This document shows positions 47,050 to 60,140 of a DNA stretch of 64,000 bases, one piece after another (the first letter of the stretch is position 1; each line of letters starts with the position of its first letter). The notes beneath the pieces are model-generated. The model was not told the origin of the DNA, searched no databases, and was given only the letters and a program-made list of their open reading frames with translations. Source of the stretch: Stegostoma tigrinum (lineage: Eukaryota). The translations under genes were made by a program, and so were the position numbers. The stretch covers positions 45,895,734 to 45,959,733 of the forward strand of contig NC_081368.1 of NCBI RefSeq assembly GCF_030684315.1. The letters run 5' to 3'.

Positions 47050-48800
47050 GCAGAAACCACTATTTATTCCCTAACTAGTAGTCTGTGTTACGTACCTGGT
47101 GCCAAGAATCAGGATATCTTTTCTGGGCTGGGAGAATCTTGCAGTGGGAGTGGAAGGATTCAGTTTTCATAATCCATGTTAAGTACAAACACCATAGGCA
47201 GACGAAGAAAAGGATTCTCCTGAGGGGTAACAAGCAGCTTGCGGCTAAAATAGAAAGCAGAAGTACAATGTAAATAACCTCTACATTACTACTGAGCCAT
47301 GTGCAAATTGACACAGGATAGTTTGAATTAGAGAGGTAGCTACATGTCTCAGGATTGATGCAGGAAAAATGGGTGCTAATTTGTGTGCACTGGCACTATT
47401 ACTGGGGAAATAGGGAGCTTTTCCATTGGGATGGGCTTCATTTAAATCATACTGATATCAGTGTCCTGGTGAATCATGTAGCTGGGATTGTAGATAGGAC
47501 TTTAAACTAATTAGCCAGGGCAAGGGTTCAGTTGAAGAGAAGTTTAAAAAAGCAACAAGAAATGAGAGAGACCATAGTTGCACGGTAGTAAAGAGGTGAA
47601 TGATGATTGAAGTATGGCAGGAAGTGCTGCAAAACAGAGAAGATTGCAGCAGAAATTAGAATCAGTCAGCGTAATAGTGATTAAGTTTAATTTTACAGCT
47701 CTTGACCTGAACTCATTTAGCATTTGATGCAAGACAAATGAGATTTTGGCACAAATTGAAATAAATAACCATGACTTGTTAGCCATTGTGGAGACATTGT
47801 TGCAGGGTGACCAAAACTGGGAACTCAAATTCAAGGGTATACCAATACCAGAAAAATAGACAAAAATTAGTGTTAGAATTAGCCTTATTGTCACATGTAC
47901 TCAGATGAGTACAGTGGGAAGTTTGTACATTGCCCCTTACAGCGCCATCTTATGTACAGAGGTACCTAGTTACAGCTTCTTCAGTTACAAGATCTTAGAA
48001 AATAGAGAAGTAAAAAATCCAGCATTGCAGAAATAAAAAGTTCAGAGCAACAGTCTTCCAACCCAGGACATACTGGCACCTAGCCTCCAGTCCACTCTGG
48101 GCTCCAGACTGCGCTGGGCTTTACCTTAAGGTTCATGAGGCTGGGAGCGTGCTCTGGAATCACCTTGAGGCACGGACACCATATTGAGGCCATGGCAGGC
48201 CGAGAGACCACCAAGTACCATAGGAAAACTGCCACACCGTGCTGGGAGGATGCCACAGGAGGCCAGTCCTATGCCAGGCTGAGAGGACATCTTGTGTCTG
48301 TGCTGACGCCAGGGAGTCATCAGAGGCTGGCAGTTGCCAGGGCACCAGGAGTTGTTGGAGGTTGGGAGAGAAGAAGGGAAAAAAGACACAAAGAGAAACA
48401 AAGAGAATAAAAAGAAAAAGAGCGCGTGGGGTGGATGAGTTCCAGTTGAAGCGTCCTACTCTGCAGTCATCTCAGACCAGACGCAAAAGGAAAAGCAGCT
48501 GAGATAGCTTTGTTACTAATGGAAGATGGTAATGTGTTGCTGAGTAGTAATACGGGTGGAAAAGCTTGTGATGTGAAATCAGTTGTAATGGAAATAGTGT
48601 ATGAAGGGAAAGAAGTCATGAGTGAGAGTTGTTTATAAACCCAGAAGAATTGCCTCACTAGAAGGATGAAGTGTAAATCAGGAAATAATGGAGATGTCTC
48701 AGGAGGACATTGCAATTTTTATAGATAATTGTAATTTGCATACTGACTGGAAAAATCAGATAGGCAAGGGCAACATGGAAGAAAAATCTGTGGAGTGCAT
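47050..48800 (+). mobile_element. Decayed CR1 5' region (ORF1 esterase and APE) with an unrelated ~600-bp insert (~47870-48475)
   Basis: CYVPGA-like and WDGLHLN esterase motifs; DLLAIVET APE motif; many stops. Confidence 0.55.
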
Positions 48801-49570
48801 TAGGAATCATAAAATCATACAGCACAGAAGAAGCCATTTAGGCTATCAAGTCTGTGCTATGAAAAGTATGCTACTACCAACACTTTATCATACTTGGCCT
48901 TATTTTTGAATGTTATGACACTTGAAGCACTCATTCAAATACGTTTTAAGGGTCTGAGGTTTCTTGCTGCAACTGCACTCCCAGGCAGAATATTCCAGAC
49001 CCCACGTTTTCTCTCACATCGTCACTAAATCTCCTGCTTTTAACTTTTATATGATGTCTCACTTGTGATTGACTCTGACTAAGGGGAACAGTTGTTTTCT
49101 ATTCCCTCTGTTCATGCTTTTCATAATCCTATACACCTCAGTCAGGTCTCCCCCAACTTTCTCTGTTCCAAAGAAAATAACCCAAGCTTATCCAGCCTCT
49201 CTTCATAGCTGAGGTGCTCCATCCCAGGCAAGATCCTAGTGAAGTGATAATGGGAGCTGCAGATGCTGGAGAATCCAAGATAACAAAATGTGGAGCTGGA
49301 TGAACACAGCAGGCCAAGCAGCATCTCAGGAGCACAAAAGCTCTCTGATGAAGGGTCTAGGCCTGAAACATCAGCTTTTGTGCTCCTGAGATGCTGCTTG
49401 GCCTGCTGTGTTCATCCAGCTCCACACTTTGTTATCTAAGATCCTAGTGAAACTCCCTCGCACTCCATCTAGTGGATTCACATCCTACCTTTACTGTGGT
49501 GATTAGAATTGCACACAGTACTAGAGCTTTGGCCTAACCAAAGTCCTGTTCAGCTCCAACATGTTCCCTC
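48800..49570 (-). mobile_element. CR1-type LINE 3' fragment containing a PLE palindrome (49244-49437)
   Basis: FTRILPGMEHLSYEERLDKLGLFSLE; 14-bp TSD AAGATCCTAGTGAA (49230-49243, 49438-49451). Confidence 0.85.
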
Positions 49571-49574
49571 TCTC

Positions 49575-50750
49575 TCTCTCCACCTCCATTCACAACTGGA
49601 TGCAAGAGCTTGGATCTTATCTGTTGGTTGTGGGATTGCTTAGTTCTGTCCAATACTTGCTGCTCATGCTGTTTGGCACACATGTAGTCCTGTGTGGTAG
49701 CTTTACCAGGATGACACCTCATTTTTAGGTACGCTTAGTGCTGCTCCTGGCAAGCCCTTTTGCACTCTTCATCGAACCAGGGTGGATCTCCTGGCTTAAT
49801 GGTATTGGTTGAGTGGGGGATATGCTGGGCCATGAGGTTACAGATTGTGCTGGAGTACAATTCTGCTACTGTAGATGGCCCACAGCACGTCAAAGTTTCC
49901 CAGTCTTGAGTTGTGAGATCTGTTCGAAGTTTGTCCCGTTTAGCACAGTGATAGCACAACACATTATGATAGAGGGTATCCTCAATGTGAAGATGGGACT
50001 TTACCTTCACAAGGACTGTGTGGTGGTTGCTCTTACTGATTCTGTCATTGACAGATGCATCTGTGGCTGGTGAGGATGAGATCAAGTATGTTTGCCCCTT
50101 TTGTTAGTTCCCTCACCACCTGCCACTGACCCAGTTTAGAAGCTATGTCCTCTAGGACCTGACTAGCTCGATCAGAAGTATTGTTTCCGAGCCACTCTTG
50201 ATGGTGGGTATTTGAATCCCCCACCCGGAGTAAATCTTGCAGACTTGCCGCTTTCCGTGCTTCGTTCAAATATTGTTCAACATTGAGGAGTACCGATTCA
50301 GCAGCCATGGGAAGAATGGCATGTAGTGATTAGCACAAGATTTCCTTGCCCATATTTAGCCTGAAGCCATGAGACTTCATGGGATTGGGAGCCAATATTG
50401 AGGACTCCCAGGACAACTCCCTCCCAACTGTACACCACTGTGCCACCAGTTTCGCTAGTCTGTACTGGCGATGGGACAGGTCATTCTTGGGATGGTGGTG
50501 TCTGGGACATTATAAGGTATGATTCTGTTAGTATGTTTATGTCAGGCTGTTCCTTGGCTAGACTGTGAGACAGTTCTCTCAATTCTGGTCACAGCTAGGT
50601 CCCAGATGTTGGTAAGAAGGACTTTACAGGTTCAACAGGTTCTGTTTCTGCCTTTGTCTTTTCCAGCCTAGATCGATGTTAAGTGACCAGTTTGATTTCA
50701 TTACTTTGCAGCTTTTGATATAAATGAGTGGCTTGCTCAGCTATTTGAGA
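49575..50750 (-). mobile_element. Non-LTR retrotransposon AP-endonuclease region
   Basis: VGDSNTHHQEWLG, NILDLILT, SNHHTV, PWFDEEC. Confidence 0.75.
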
Positions 50751-51000
50751 GGACAGTTAAGAGTCTACCATGATTCTGTGGGTCTGGAGTCATAGGCAGG
50801 CCAAACCAGGTGAGGCTATCAGATTTCCTTCCCCAAAAGATGTTAATGAACCAGATGGGCTTTGTGGTCATCAGAAGATTCTTAGTTCCAGATTATTTTA
50901 TATTAATTTCAAATTCCCTGTTTGAACTTGGGTCCCCAGAACATTAGCTGAATTTCTGGATTATTAGTCTAACAATAATATCACAAGGCCATTGCCTCCC
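50750..51000 (-). mobile_element. SINE, same family as 53295-53645
   Basis: Reverse-complement similarity to 53295-53570. Confidence 0.6.
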
Positions 51001-51901
51001 CCATGTAGTCTCAGACTATTTAGACAGTCACACATGGGAATGTTCACGTAGTCAGTTTCAAATGTACATTATTTAAGGAACCAGAGCATAGTCTTTGGTA
51101 GCTTCAAATTACTGAAGCATCTGATTTGGAGAAGGGTAGGGAGTACTCCTGTGTTCTGGTGAAAATTTATCCTTCTACTAATATCATTAAAAAAAGCAGC
51201 TGCTCATAAGCTCACCAAGATTCATTATGTCCTATTATGACTTCATTTAAAAGCACCTCATTGTTCATATAACACTTTGGGTAATTCCAACATCATGAAA
51301 GATAACATTGTGCATAAATGGAAGCCTTTCTTATGTTTCACCACAACAACTTTTAGTGAACTCAATATTCCTTTTTCACAACTTAAAATTGCCTGCAATC
51401 TAGATTCACAATTACAAACAAAACCCAAGCAGGATATTCTACCATCGCAGACAAGTAAAGAATAAGGGTAATCTTTTCTGCTAACTGATACTATTTGGCC
51501 ACATTTTCCTGATTCAAATCCGGAAAGATTAGAGACAGCAGGGCAGAACCAAGACATAAAAAGAAAGACCTTAAGGAATTCTTTAAGTACAAAGCACCAG
51601 AAGTCAGGGAGAGAGAGAAAGAGACAGTGAATCTAAGAAGGAACAGCTGAGCAGAGCAGTGGAAAAATATTTCGAGGAGCAGCCCTGTATTACCTTCACT
51701 CAATAAAGACTCAGTACTGCATAAAAAAATGACCTCAAGTAAAAGGAACAATGTGAATGTTATTCTGTTTTACCATCTACTGGGCAAACAATGTTGTGCA
51801 TTGTTAGATAACCAAGTGTTTCATACTTACACAAATTAAATATTTAATCATAAAATGAACTGGTGGCAATTAATTCATTTAAAATCATTGTACGATAAAT
51901 A

Positions 51902-52830
51902 TTGGATACACTGTTGTTTGTTACTTATATAAATGATTTGAATGCAAGCATGGTGAGTAAATTTGTGGATGACACCAAAGTTGATGGTATAGTGGCCAGT
52001 GAAGAAGGTTATCTAAGATTTCAAAGGGTTCTTGATCAATTGGGCCCACGGACTGAGGAGTGGCAGATGAAGTTTAATTTGGATAAAGTGGGTTGTTGCA
52101 TTTTGGTAAAGCAAGCAAGGGCAGGACTCAAAAATTATTGGTAGAGCCCTGAGTTATGTTGTAGAACAGACACCGAAGTGTTCAAGTAGATAGTTCTTTC
52201 AAAGTTACATCACAGGTAGACAGGCTGATTGACAAGACATTTAATACACCTGCCTTCGTCTCTCAGACCATCGAGTAGCGCAGTTAGGATGTCATGTTGT
52301 GGTCGTACAGGACATTGTTGAGGCCACTTTGATCATCCTGATCATCCTGTACAGGAAGGATATTATGAAAATGGAGAGGGCTCAGAAAATTGACTCTTAC
52401 AAAGATGTTCCCGGGACTGGAGGGTTTGAGTTGTAAGGGGAGGTGGATAGGCTGGGTCCTTTTCTCACTGGTGCGTAGAAGATTGAATGATGACCTTACA
52501 GAGGTTTATAAAATCATGGGGGACATAAATAATGTAGCAAAGGTCAAAGATAACATATGTTTAAGGTCAGAGGAGAAAGATTTAAAAAAGACCTGAGGAA
52601 CAACTTTTTCCAAACAGAAGATGGTTTGTATGTGGAATGAGCTGCCAAAGAAAGCAGTGATTCAGGTACAGTTAAAACATTTACAAGACATTTGGACAGG
52701 TATGTGAATAGGAAAGGTTTAGAGGGGACCAAACTCAGGTAAATGGGATGAGTTTAGTTTGGGAATTTTTGTCAGCATGGATGAATTGGATCTAAGGGTC
52801 TGTTTCTGTGCTGCGCGTCTCTATGACTCT
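51902..52830 (+). mobile_element. CR1-type LINE 3' fragment
   Basis: YINDL, SKFVDDTK; tail TCTATGACTCT. Confidence 0.85.
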
Positions 52831-53294
52831 GGTAAGAATTAAGTGATGTGATGTAATTATTTGTTGGTGAGCACTGATTAGATGCTCATTTCCAAATGTT
52901 TGTTGTAGGAGCTTGCCCATAGGAAATGCATATTGAACGCTTCTGACTATATCTAGTGGACCTAAGTCACGGAACAGACAGCTACTACAGGAACTCTAAA
53001 TGCAAGATCTAGATCAGTAAAATGTCAGATAAAGAGCTGTGCAATTTAATGCAAAGACTATTTAAGTATGGTCCAAACCCAGCTCTTTAATCCTGGCAGT
53101 GGGGTCCAGCAGGTTTATCCCTGAATTCTCATGATGCATTGTTCTGTCATTATCTCTTAGATGCCACTGGCAATGTCTGGACCACCTCAAGAATATTGTG
53201 GTTGACCCTGATCTTCTCTGCATCTTGGAGATATCTCCAGTTGTGAAGAGCACAGCATGCCACAGAGATATGGCATTTCTTGGTCCTTTCTTTA

Positions 53295-53645
53295 GGGGAG
53301 GTGATGGTCTAAATGTATAATTTCTGGAATGTTAATCCAGAGACAGAGGTAATGTTCCAGGGACCTGGGGTTGAATTCAGCAGATGGTGGAATTTGAATT
53401 AAATAAAAATCTAGAAATGGAATCTACCAATGATGGTGAATCCATTGTGAATTGTCAGGGAAAAGCCATCTGGTTCAATTATGTCATTTAGGGAAGGAAA
53501 TTGATTCCTTTATATGGTATGGTCTATATGTAACTCCAGACCCACAGCAATGAAGTTCACTCTTAACTGGTCTCTTGACAATTAGGGATGGACAACAAAT
53601 GCTACCTAGCCAGGAATACCCTCATCCCGTAAAGGAATTAAAAAA
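53295..53645 (+). mobile_element. tRNA-derived SINE
   Basis: B-box-like GGTTGAATTC; 3' end resembles the LINE tail at ~1870-1985; A-rich tail. Confidence 0.6.
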
Positions 53646-53649
53646 AAAA

Positions 53650-53960
53650 CGCCTTGCCAGAATGGTCCAGGCGTTGAAACCTCGTCTGAAGGAGGCCTAT
53701 GATCTGTTGTGCTGACTTCGCTGATGGTATTGTAATTGCTTTCTCCTTTAACATAGCATTTTCCAATGCTGTAACACAAGAAGGAGTCTGTCACCTGAAA
53801 AGCCCATCTCAGATGCATGAGCTGATAATCTGTGGGGATTGTTGGGACAAAGAAAAGCATTTTCGTAATGAAGTAACCAATTGTAATGAAGTGTAATGAG
53901 ATGTTTGGATGCAACATGATGGAGGGCTTTGTAAGGAGGCCAGTGTCATAGCTCAATAAA
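53650..53960 (-). mobile_element. Decayed Harbinger transposase C-terminal remnant
   Basis: QQIIGLLQTRFQRLDHSG resembles the HARBI1-family IGLLKxRFRCLD motif. Confidence 0.5.
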
Positions 53961-54244
53961 GAGACCTGAAGTATTTGACCCTAATCTGATGTATTTTTTA
54001 GACTCAAATTGTTAATGCAACATGTGAGAGTGAAATTCTAGCATTAAGCCCTCTGATAGCGCTCCCTCCCAAAATAAGACATTGTGGAGCATTGTAATGT
54101 CCTTGCATACTTACAGTTGTGAATGTGAGAACTCCAAAACAATGTCTTCCAGTATCATTTATGAAGTATGATTCAGAGACGGAAAATCCAGGTAATCCAA
54201 TGAGTACAGTCCCAGTCTAATCAATTTCTCTTCATACGCCATCT

Positions 54245-54467
54245 CAACTTCAGAATTAACCTAGTGAACCTCATCTGCATCTCCTCCAATGCCAGTACAT
54301 CCTTTTGCAAGTAAAGAGGCCAAAACCATACACAGTGCTTCAGGGGCGGCCTCTCCAGCACCCTATACAACTGCAGCACAACCTCCCTATTTTTAAACTC
54401 CATCCCTCCAGCAATGAAGGACAATATTCCATTTGCCTTCTTAATTATCTGCTGCACCTGCAAACCA
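54245..54467 (-). mobile_element. CR1-type LINE fragment
   Basis: KKANGILSFI...LYRVL.RP.L.HCV.FW. Confidence 0.8.
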
Positions 54468-55047
54468 ACCTCCTGCAGTGCCACAATGATGCCACCCGAA
54501 GGTTGCAGGAACAGCAACTCATATTCCGCCTGGGAACCCTGCAGCCTAATGGTATCAATGTGGACTTCGCCAGTTTCAAAATCTCCCCTTCCCCTACTGC
54601 ATCCCTAAACCAGCCCAGTTCGTCCCCTCCCCCCACTGCACCACACAACCAGCCCAGCTCTTCCCCCCCACCCACTGCATCCCAAAACCAGTCCAACCTG
54701 TCTCTGCCTCCCTAACCGGTTCTTCCTCTCACCCATCCCTTCCTCCCACCCCAAGCCGCACCCCCATCTACCTACTAACCTCATCCCACCTCCTTGACCT
54801 GTCCGTCTTCCCTGGACTGACCTATCCCCTCCCTACCTCCCCACCTTTACTCTCTCCACCTATCTTCTTTACTCTCCATCTTCGGTCCGCCTCCCCCTCT
54901 CTCCCTATTTATTCCAGTTCCCTCTCCCCATCCTCCTCTCTGATGAAGGGTCTGGGCCCGAAACGTCAGCTTTTGTGCTCCTGAGATGCTGCTTGGCCTG
55001 CTGTGTTCATCCAGCCTCACATTTTATTATCTTGGAATTCTCCAGCA
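54468..55047 (+). mobile_element. 5'-truncated Penelope-like element
   Basis: Nearly identical to 18150-18711. Confidence 0.92.
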
Positions 55048-56984
55048 TCTGCAGTTCCCATTATCTCTTGTGATTTGTGATTTGTGAGTTCTTTAGGCTG
55101 TAACTTTCGAAGCTGATTCTTGCATAAAGGATAACCTGCTAATGAATTGCCATTTGATGCCAGACAGGTAGTATTATCGAAGTAATGTTTGCATGATAAA
55201 GGCAATTCCCATGAGCAGGGCCTCACATTTAAACAATCATCCTTTTACCCCAAAAAGAAACAAAAACAGTAGCTTGTCTAGACCCGAAATGTCAGCTTTC
55301 CTGCTCCTCTGATGCTGCTTGGCCTGCTGTATTCAACCAGCTCTACACCTTGTTATATTATACTAGCTTACTCCATCATATTTGCATGCGATGCCAGCAT
55401 TTTGTCTTGTTATTGTACAACTGACTTTGGATCAAAGATCCCAATATTTGTGCCTGAAATGAAAATTTCTTAACATCAATAATTGGATTTTTCCATTTTC
55501 ATCTTATTTTCTCAGCTTTCTTGCCATTGCATACACTGATCAAGGGAATGGAAAATCATGCACAAAATCAATTGGTTTGAATTATCTAATTATTACTGTA
55601 GTATGTTCTTACTTTTCTTCATTTCTTATTTCATTGTATTTGAATATCGGATGAACTGTCAGGACTGGTCATGCAATGTTGTGCATTGTTAGAAAATTAT
55701 GTTTTTAGCATACTCAAACATTAAATATTTCACTAGAGCATGAGTGGTGTGCCTCACTATTTGTGATTCAACCATTTTGAATGTTCCATATTTGCTTACA
55801 GTTTTGCAAACCTAATTTCCATTTCGCATATTGCTAACTATTGTCATTTTCTGAATGTCTTGATAATATATAATTAGGGTTGAATGCTTCCCAAATATGC
55901 AAATAATATTGCCTCCAAGACCTGGCTTCTGTAAGTGCTTGACACAGAAGAGTTATTGGAATTTGCATGTTGTGCAAGGCATTGTATTGCTATAAGGGCA
56001 CAGATACAATATGGTTGACTTGGACATTAAGTTTCCATATATCTATGGATTACGAAAACTGGAAAATAGACATATTTAATCATCCTGTACAGCAAAAGAA
56101 CTGGGAAATCAAAAAAAAAGGACACTGGGGTCAGTCAAATAGGTTGGTTGGATGGCTGGTTTGCAATGCAGAATGATGCCAACTGCATGGGTTCAATTCC
56201 CACCAGTTGAGATTACCATGAAGAACTCCTCATTCTCTCCCCACACGTGAGGTATGATGGGCCTCAGGTTAAACCATCACCAGTCATCTCTCTCTAATGA
56301 GAAAGCAATTTTAAAAGATCATCATGGCTTTACTTTTGTATGCTGTTTACAGAAAAAAATCACTTTATGAAAATAATGTCCACAAAGATTTTTAAGTGAG
56401 AAATAAGGGTAGAGTTTCATTGCTTTAATCATTAAACAACTGACCTGAAAAACCCTAATAGATCTGGGCTGCAGTGGCCTAGCAACATTATCTAGACTGA
56501 AAAAATGATTTTCTTTTCAGAACACACCTATAAGCTGTGGCCGATTGAAGGAGATGTTTCCAAGGATATAGTGAGGTTTGTTTCTTGGCCTGTAAGACTC
56601 AGAGCTTGGAGCTGATAGAACACTCTCTATACCTCAATGAGGTAGTTTGAAAGAAAAGACAACATTTTAAGTACAAGGACTAGAAACTGCTTCTCAACTG
56701 AGCTCGAAATATAATTTAAAGATTTTCATTATTCCGTGACTGAGACCAATTAGATCTTCTCAACAGGAATTCAAATGAACAATGAGAAGTCAATCCATTT
56801 TTGTCATCTAAATTTGCCCTTGACCTGCAGCTGTGAGATTCCCTTCTACGTTTTGCCTATTTTTTTCTCCACCCATTATAATGGCTCTGCTGAGTTGTGC
56901 ATGCATCTGTGCTTGCATGTGCATTGTGTGTTTGGGATTAAGGGAGACCTAGCTTGATTCACATATTATTTTAGCTGATGTCGG

Positions 56985-58050
56985 AGCAAATTACTGCAGA
57001 TGCCAGAATCTGTACTGAAAACAATAAATGTTGGAGATCACAGTGTGTCAGGCAGAATCCATGGAGTGAAAGCAAGCTAATGTTTCAAGTCGGGGTGACT
57101 CTTCATTAAAGCTGACGTGAAGTGTGGTGGGGACAGCACTTATGCTTTAGTTGGTCGGGGGAGTGGAATGTGGGCTAATACGGTGCTGGTCAAGAAAAGA
57201 TGTTGATAGTTCAGATTAAGTGATCAGAATGTGAGAATGGTAAAATAATGAAAAAGCAGACAGTCCCGCAAGGGTGTGGGGAGGGAAGAGAGAAGATAAA
57301 AGAGAGTGTAACAAGCTAAAACAAGGGGAAGAAATGGAATAATATAACAAATAAAGCTAAAAGAAAGGGAAGGATTGGAGTTGGTTCACAATTTGAAAGT
57401 ATTGAACTCAATATTAAGTATTAAATTAAGATTGTAAAGTGCCTGGTCTGAAGTTGAGATGTTGTTCCTGCAGGTTGTGCTGTGATTCACCAGAACACTG
57501 CAGCATGCTGAGTTTGGGGGAGGTATGTGTGAAATACTGCTTCACCTGGAAAGATTGTTTAGGGCCTTGGATGATGGACAGGGAGGTGGTGTAGGGCAGG
57601 TTTTGCATCGACTGTGGTTACATGGGAATGTGCTGTGGGAAGTGAAGGTGGCGTAGACGGTCACAGAATGGAATAGGATCCCAGAGAGAATGATCCCTGT
57701 GAAATGCAGACAGTGGGAGTGAGGGGAAGATGTGTTTGGTGGTGGTGTTCTGCTGGTGTTGTCTGAAATGGCAGAGAATGATCCTGTGAATGCAGAGGCT
57801 GGTGGGATAAGAAGTGAGGACAAGGGGAACTTGATCATGTTGTGAGTGATGGAAAGGAGCAAGAGTGAAAGCATGTGAAATAAGTCAGATGTGGTTGAGG
57901 GCCCCGTCAACCATAATGGGTGGGAAACCACAGTTATGGAAGAAGGAAGCTATATCAGCAGCATTGAACACATGCAACATAGGTGAAGGAACTGGGGGAA
58001 TGGGAGGGAGAATGTCAGGACGTGTGGTGTGACTAGTTGTAGTGAAGGTA
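56985..58050 (-). mobile_element. Older Penelope-like element
   Basis: IQGPKQSFQVKQYFT, LQEQHLNFRPGTLQ; decayed terminus. Confidence 0.7.
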
Positions 58051-58759
58051 GCTATGGGAGTCAGTGGCTTATCTTAGCTGATAACCAGATTGCCATTTAA
58101 TTAACGAATATGTTTGCCTACAACAATCATATTATTTTTGAGTTAATTTAAAGCCTAGTGAAAATCTTTTTTGTTGCAGTCAAATGTAATAAAAAGAAAC
58201 TACTTGACCAGTTTTTGATGATTCAGTAGGTTATTTACACTTTGGCACAGATTGTGGGGTAGTGGAGCTTGATTTCTGGTACCCTTTACCTGCAAAAGTC
58301 ATAAAAATGTGCATCAAAGCACTTGAAAGGATATTTCAACAAATTTGTTCAGTACGCTCAGTGATAATGAAGCAAATAGTTCTTGCAAGTCAAATAAATG
58401 ACATTTACCTACTTAAGGCAGACTCCAAGAATGTTCCACTTGTACTTCACAGTTGCCAAAATAAAAGTGTTTCAATGTGCTATACTGGGACACAATTTTT
58501 GTCTGTTTAAGGTGTGAGTGATTTAAATTACTGTTGCTTTATCGTCTCTGCTTGATGATTATGAAATAAATGCAGCTGCTATAATTAAAGTCCATCACAG
58601 AAAACAATTTTTTAAAATAATTTCTCTCTCAGGATACAAGTGTCACTGGCCAGAACAGTATTTTACAATCGCTAATTGTCCTTCACAAGTTGGTAGTGAC
58701 CATCATTTCAATGAAAAACAAAATTCCAAGGTACAGATCCACCATCCCAAGTTAACTAA

Positions 58760-60140
58760 GAGTTTAAAGATAATATCAAACTTAAAGATAAAACATCTAA
58801 TTGTTAGGTTGTAAGTCAGAAGATTGGACAGCAAAGAATGATGAAAAGATTGTTATGGAGAGGAAAATAGAATATATGAGAAAGCCATCTAGAAACATAA
58901 GAACAGATAGTAAGATTTTCTATAGAGATTCAAATGTTCATTGGTCATATAGAAAGTAAGTTTGTGGAATTAATAATGGAAAATAAGAGAATGGAAGATG
59001 AACTGAATAGGTGATTTGCATCAATCTTTACTATAGAGGTTACAAGTCACATTCCCATAAATAGCTGTTAACCAAGAAATAGAAGGGAGGAAAGATTCCA
59101 ACTTTTTCAATCATTGCAGAAGTGGTACTGAGCAAATAGTTGGAGCTGTGTGCTGACAAATGCCAAAGTCCTGACGGGCATCATCCTTAGTCTTAAAAGA
59201 GGTGGCTTGTAAGATAATTGACAAAGTTATTTTAATTGTTCAAAAGGCCTTTGATTTAGCCAAGTTCCTTTAGATGGGAATATAATGAATGTAAGTTTTG
59301 TGTTTAAAAAGAAGAGACAGAAAGCAGGAAAGTACAGGCCAGACAGCTTAATGATTGCCATAAGGAAGATGTTCGAAGTTTTCATAAAAGGTGTCGTAGC
59401 AGGATACTTAGGAACATTCAAGGTGACCAGATAGAACCGACATGGTTTAGCAAAGGGAAATCACAATTAACTAATTTTCTGGAATTCTTTCAGGAAGTAA
59501 ACTACTGTCGATAAATAGGAACAAGTGGAGGGTCTGCACTTAGATTTCCAGAAAATATTTGGATGGTGTCACATCAAATCTTAATGCAAGGAAGTAAAAG
59601 TTCTTGGTTTAGACTGTATATGGATTAAAAATTATTCAGCTAACAGAATATTTAGGTATTATTTTCCATATTTAAGGAAGGATGTAAATGCATTGGTGGT
59701 GCAGAAAAGATTTACTAGATTACCTGGAACGCGTGGGAAGTCTTAAGAGGAAGGGTTGGACAGGCTATCTTATGTGCTGGAGTTTTGAAAAGTAAGAAGT
59801 GATTTAATTGAAATATACAAGTGGTCTAGACAGGGTGTAAGTTAATACTTCCTCTTGTGAGAGAATTTAATAGCTTGAATATTGAATATACTTTTTGTAT
59901 ATCAGTGGTCACTCATTTAAGATAGATATAAGATTCTTTATTTCTCTCTGAGAGATGGGAGATTTTGGAAATCTTCCTGAAAAGGGTAGTGGAAACACAG
60001 CCTTTGAATATTTTTAAGGCAAGGTTAAATACATTCTTGATAAACAAGGGAGTGAAAGATTATCAGAGGTATGTAGGAATGTGGAGTAAAAGGATCAGAG
60101 GTGATCTCAATGAATAGTGGATCACGCTCAAGGGTTGATT
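58760..60140 (+). mobile_element. Decayed CR1-type LINE ORF2
   Basis: Remnants PSPDG.HP, YRP.SL, HGL.KGKS..TN.LEFFQEV. Confidence 0.7.

Noticed and set aside
51500-51760. Purine-rich, Lys/Glu-coding-like stretch
   Set aside because: Stops in the plausible frames, no clear splice sites, no recognisable family.
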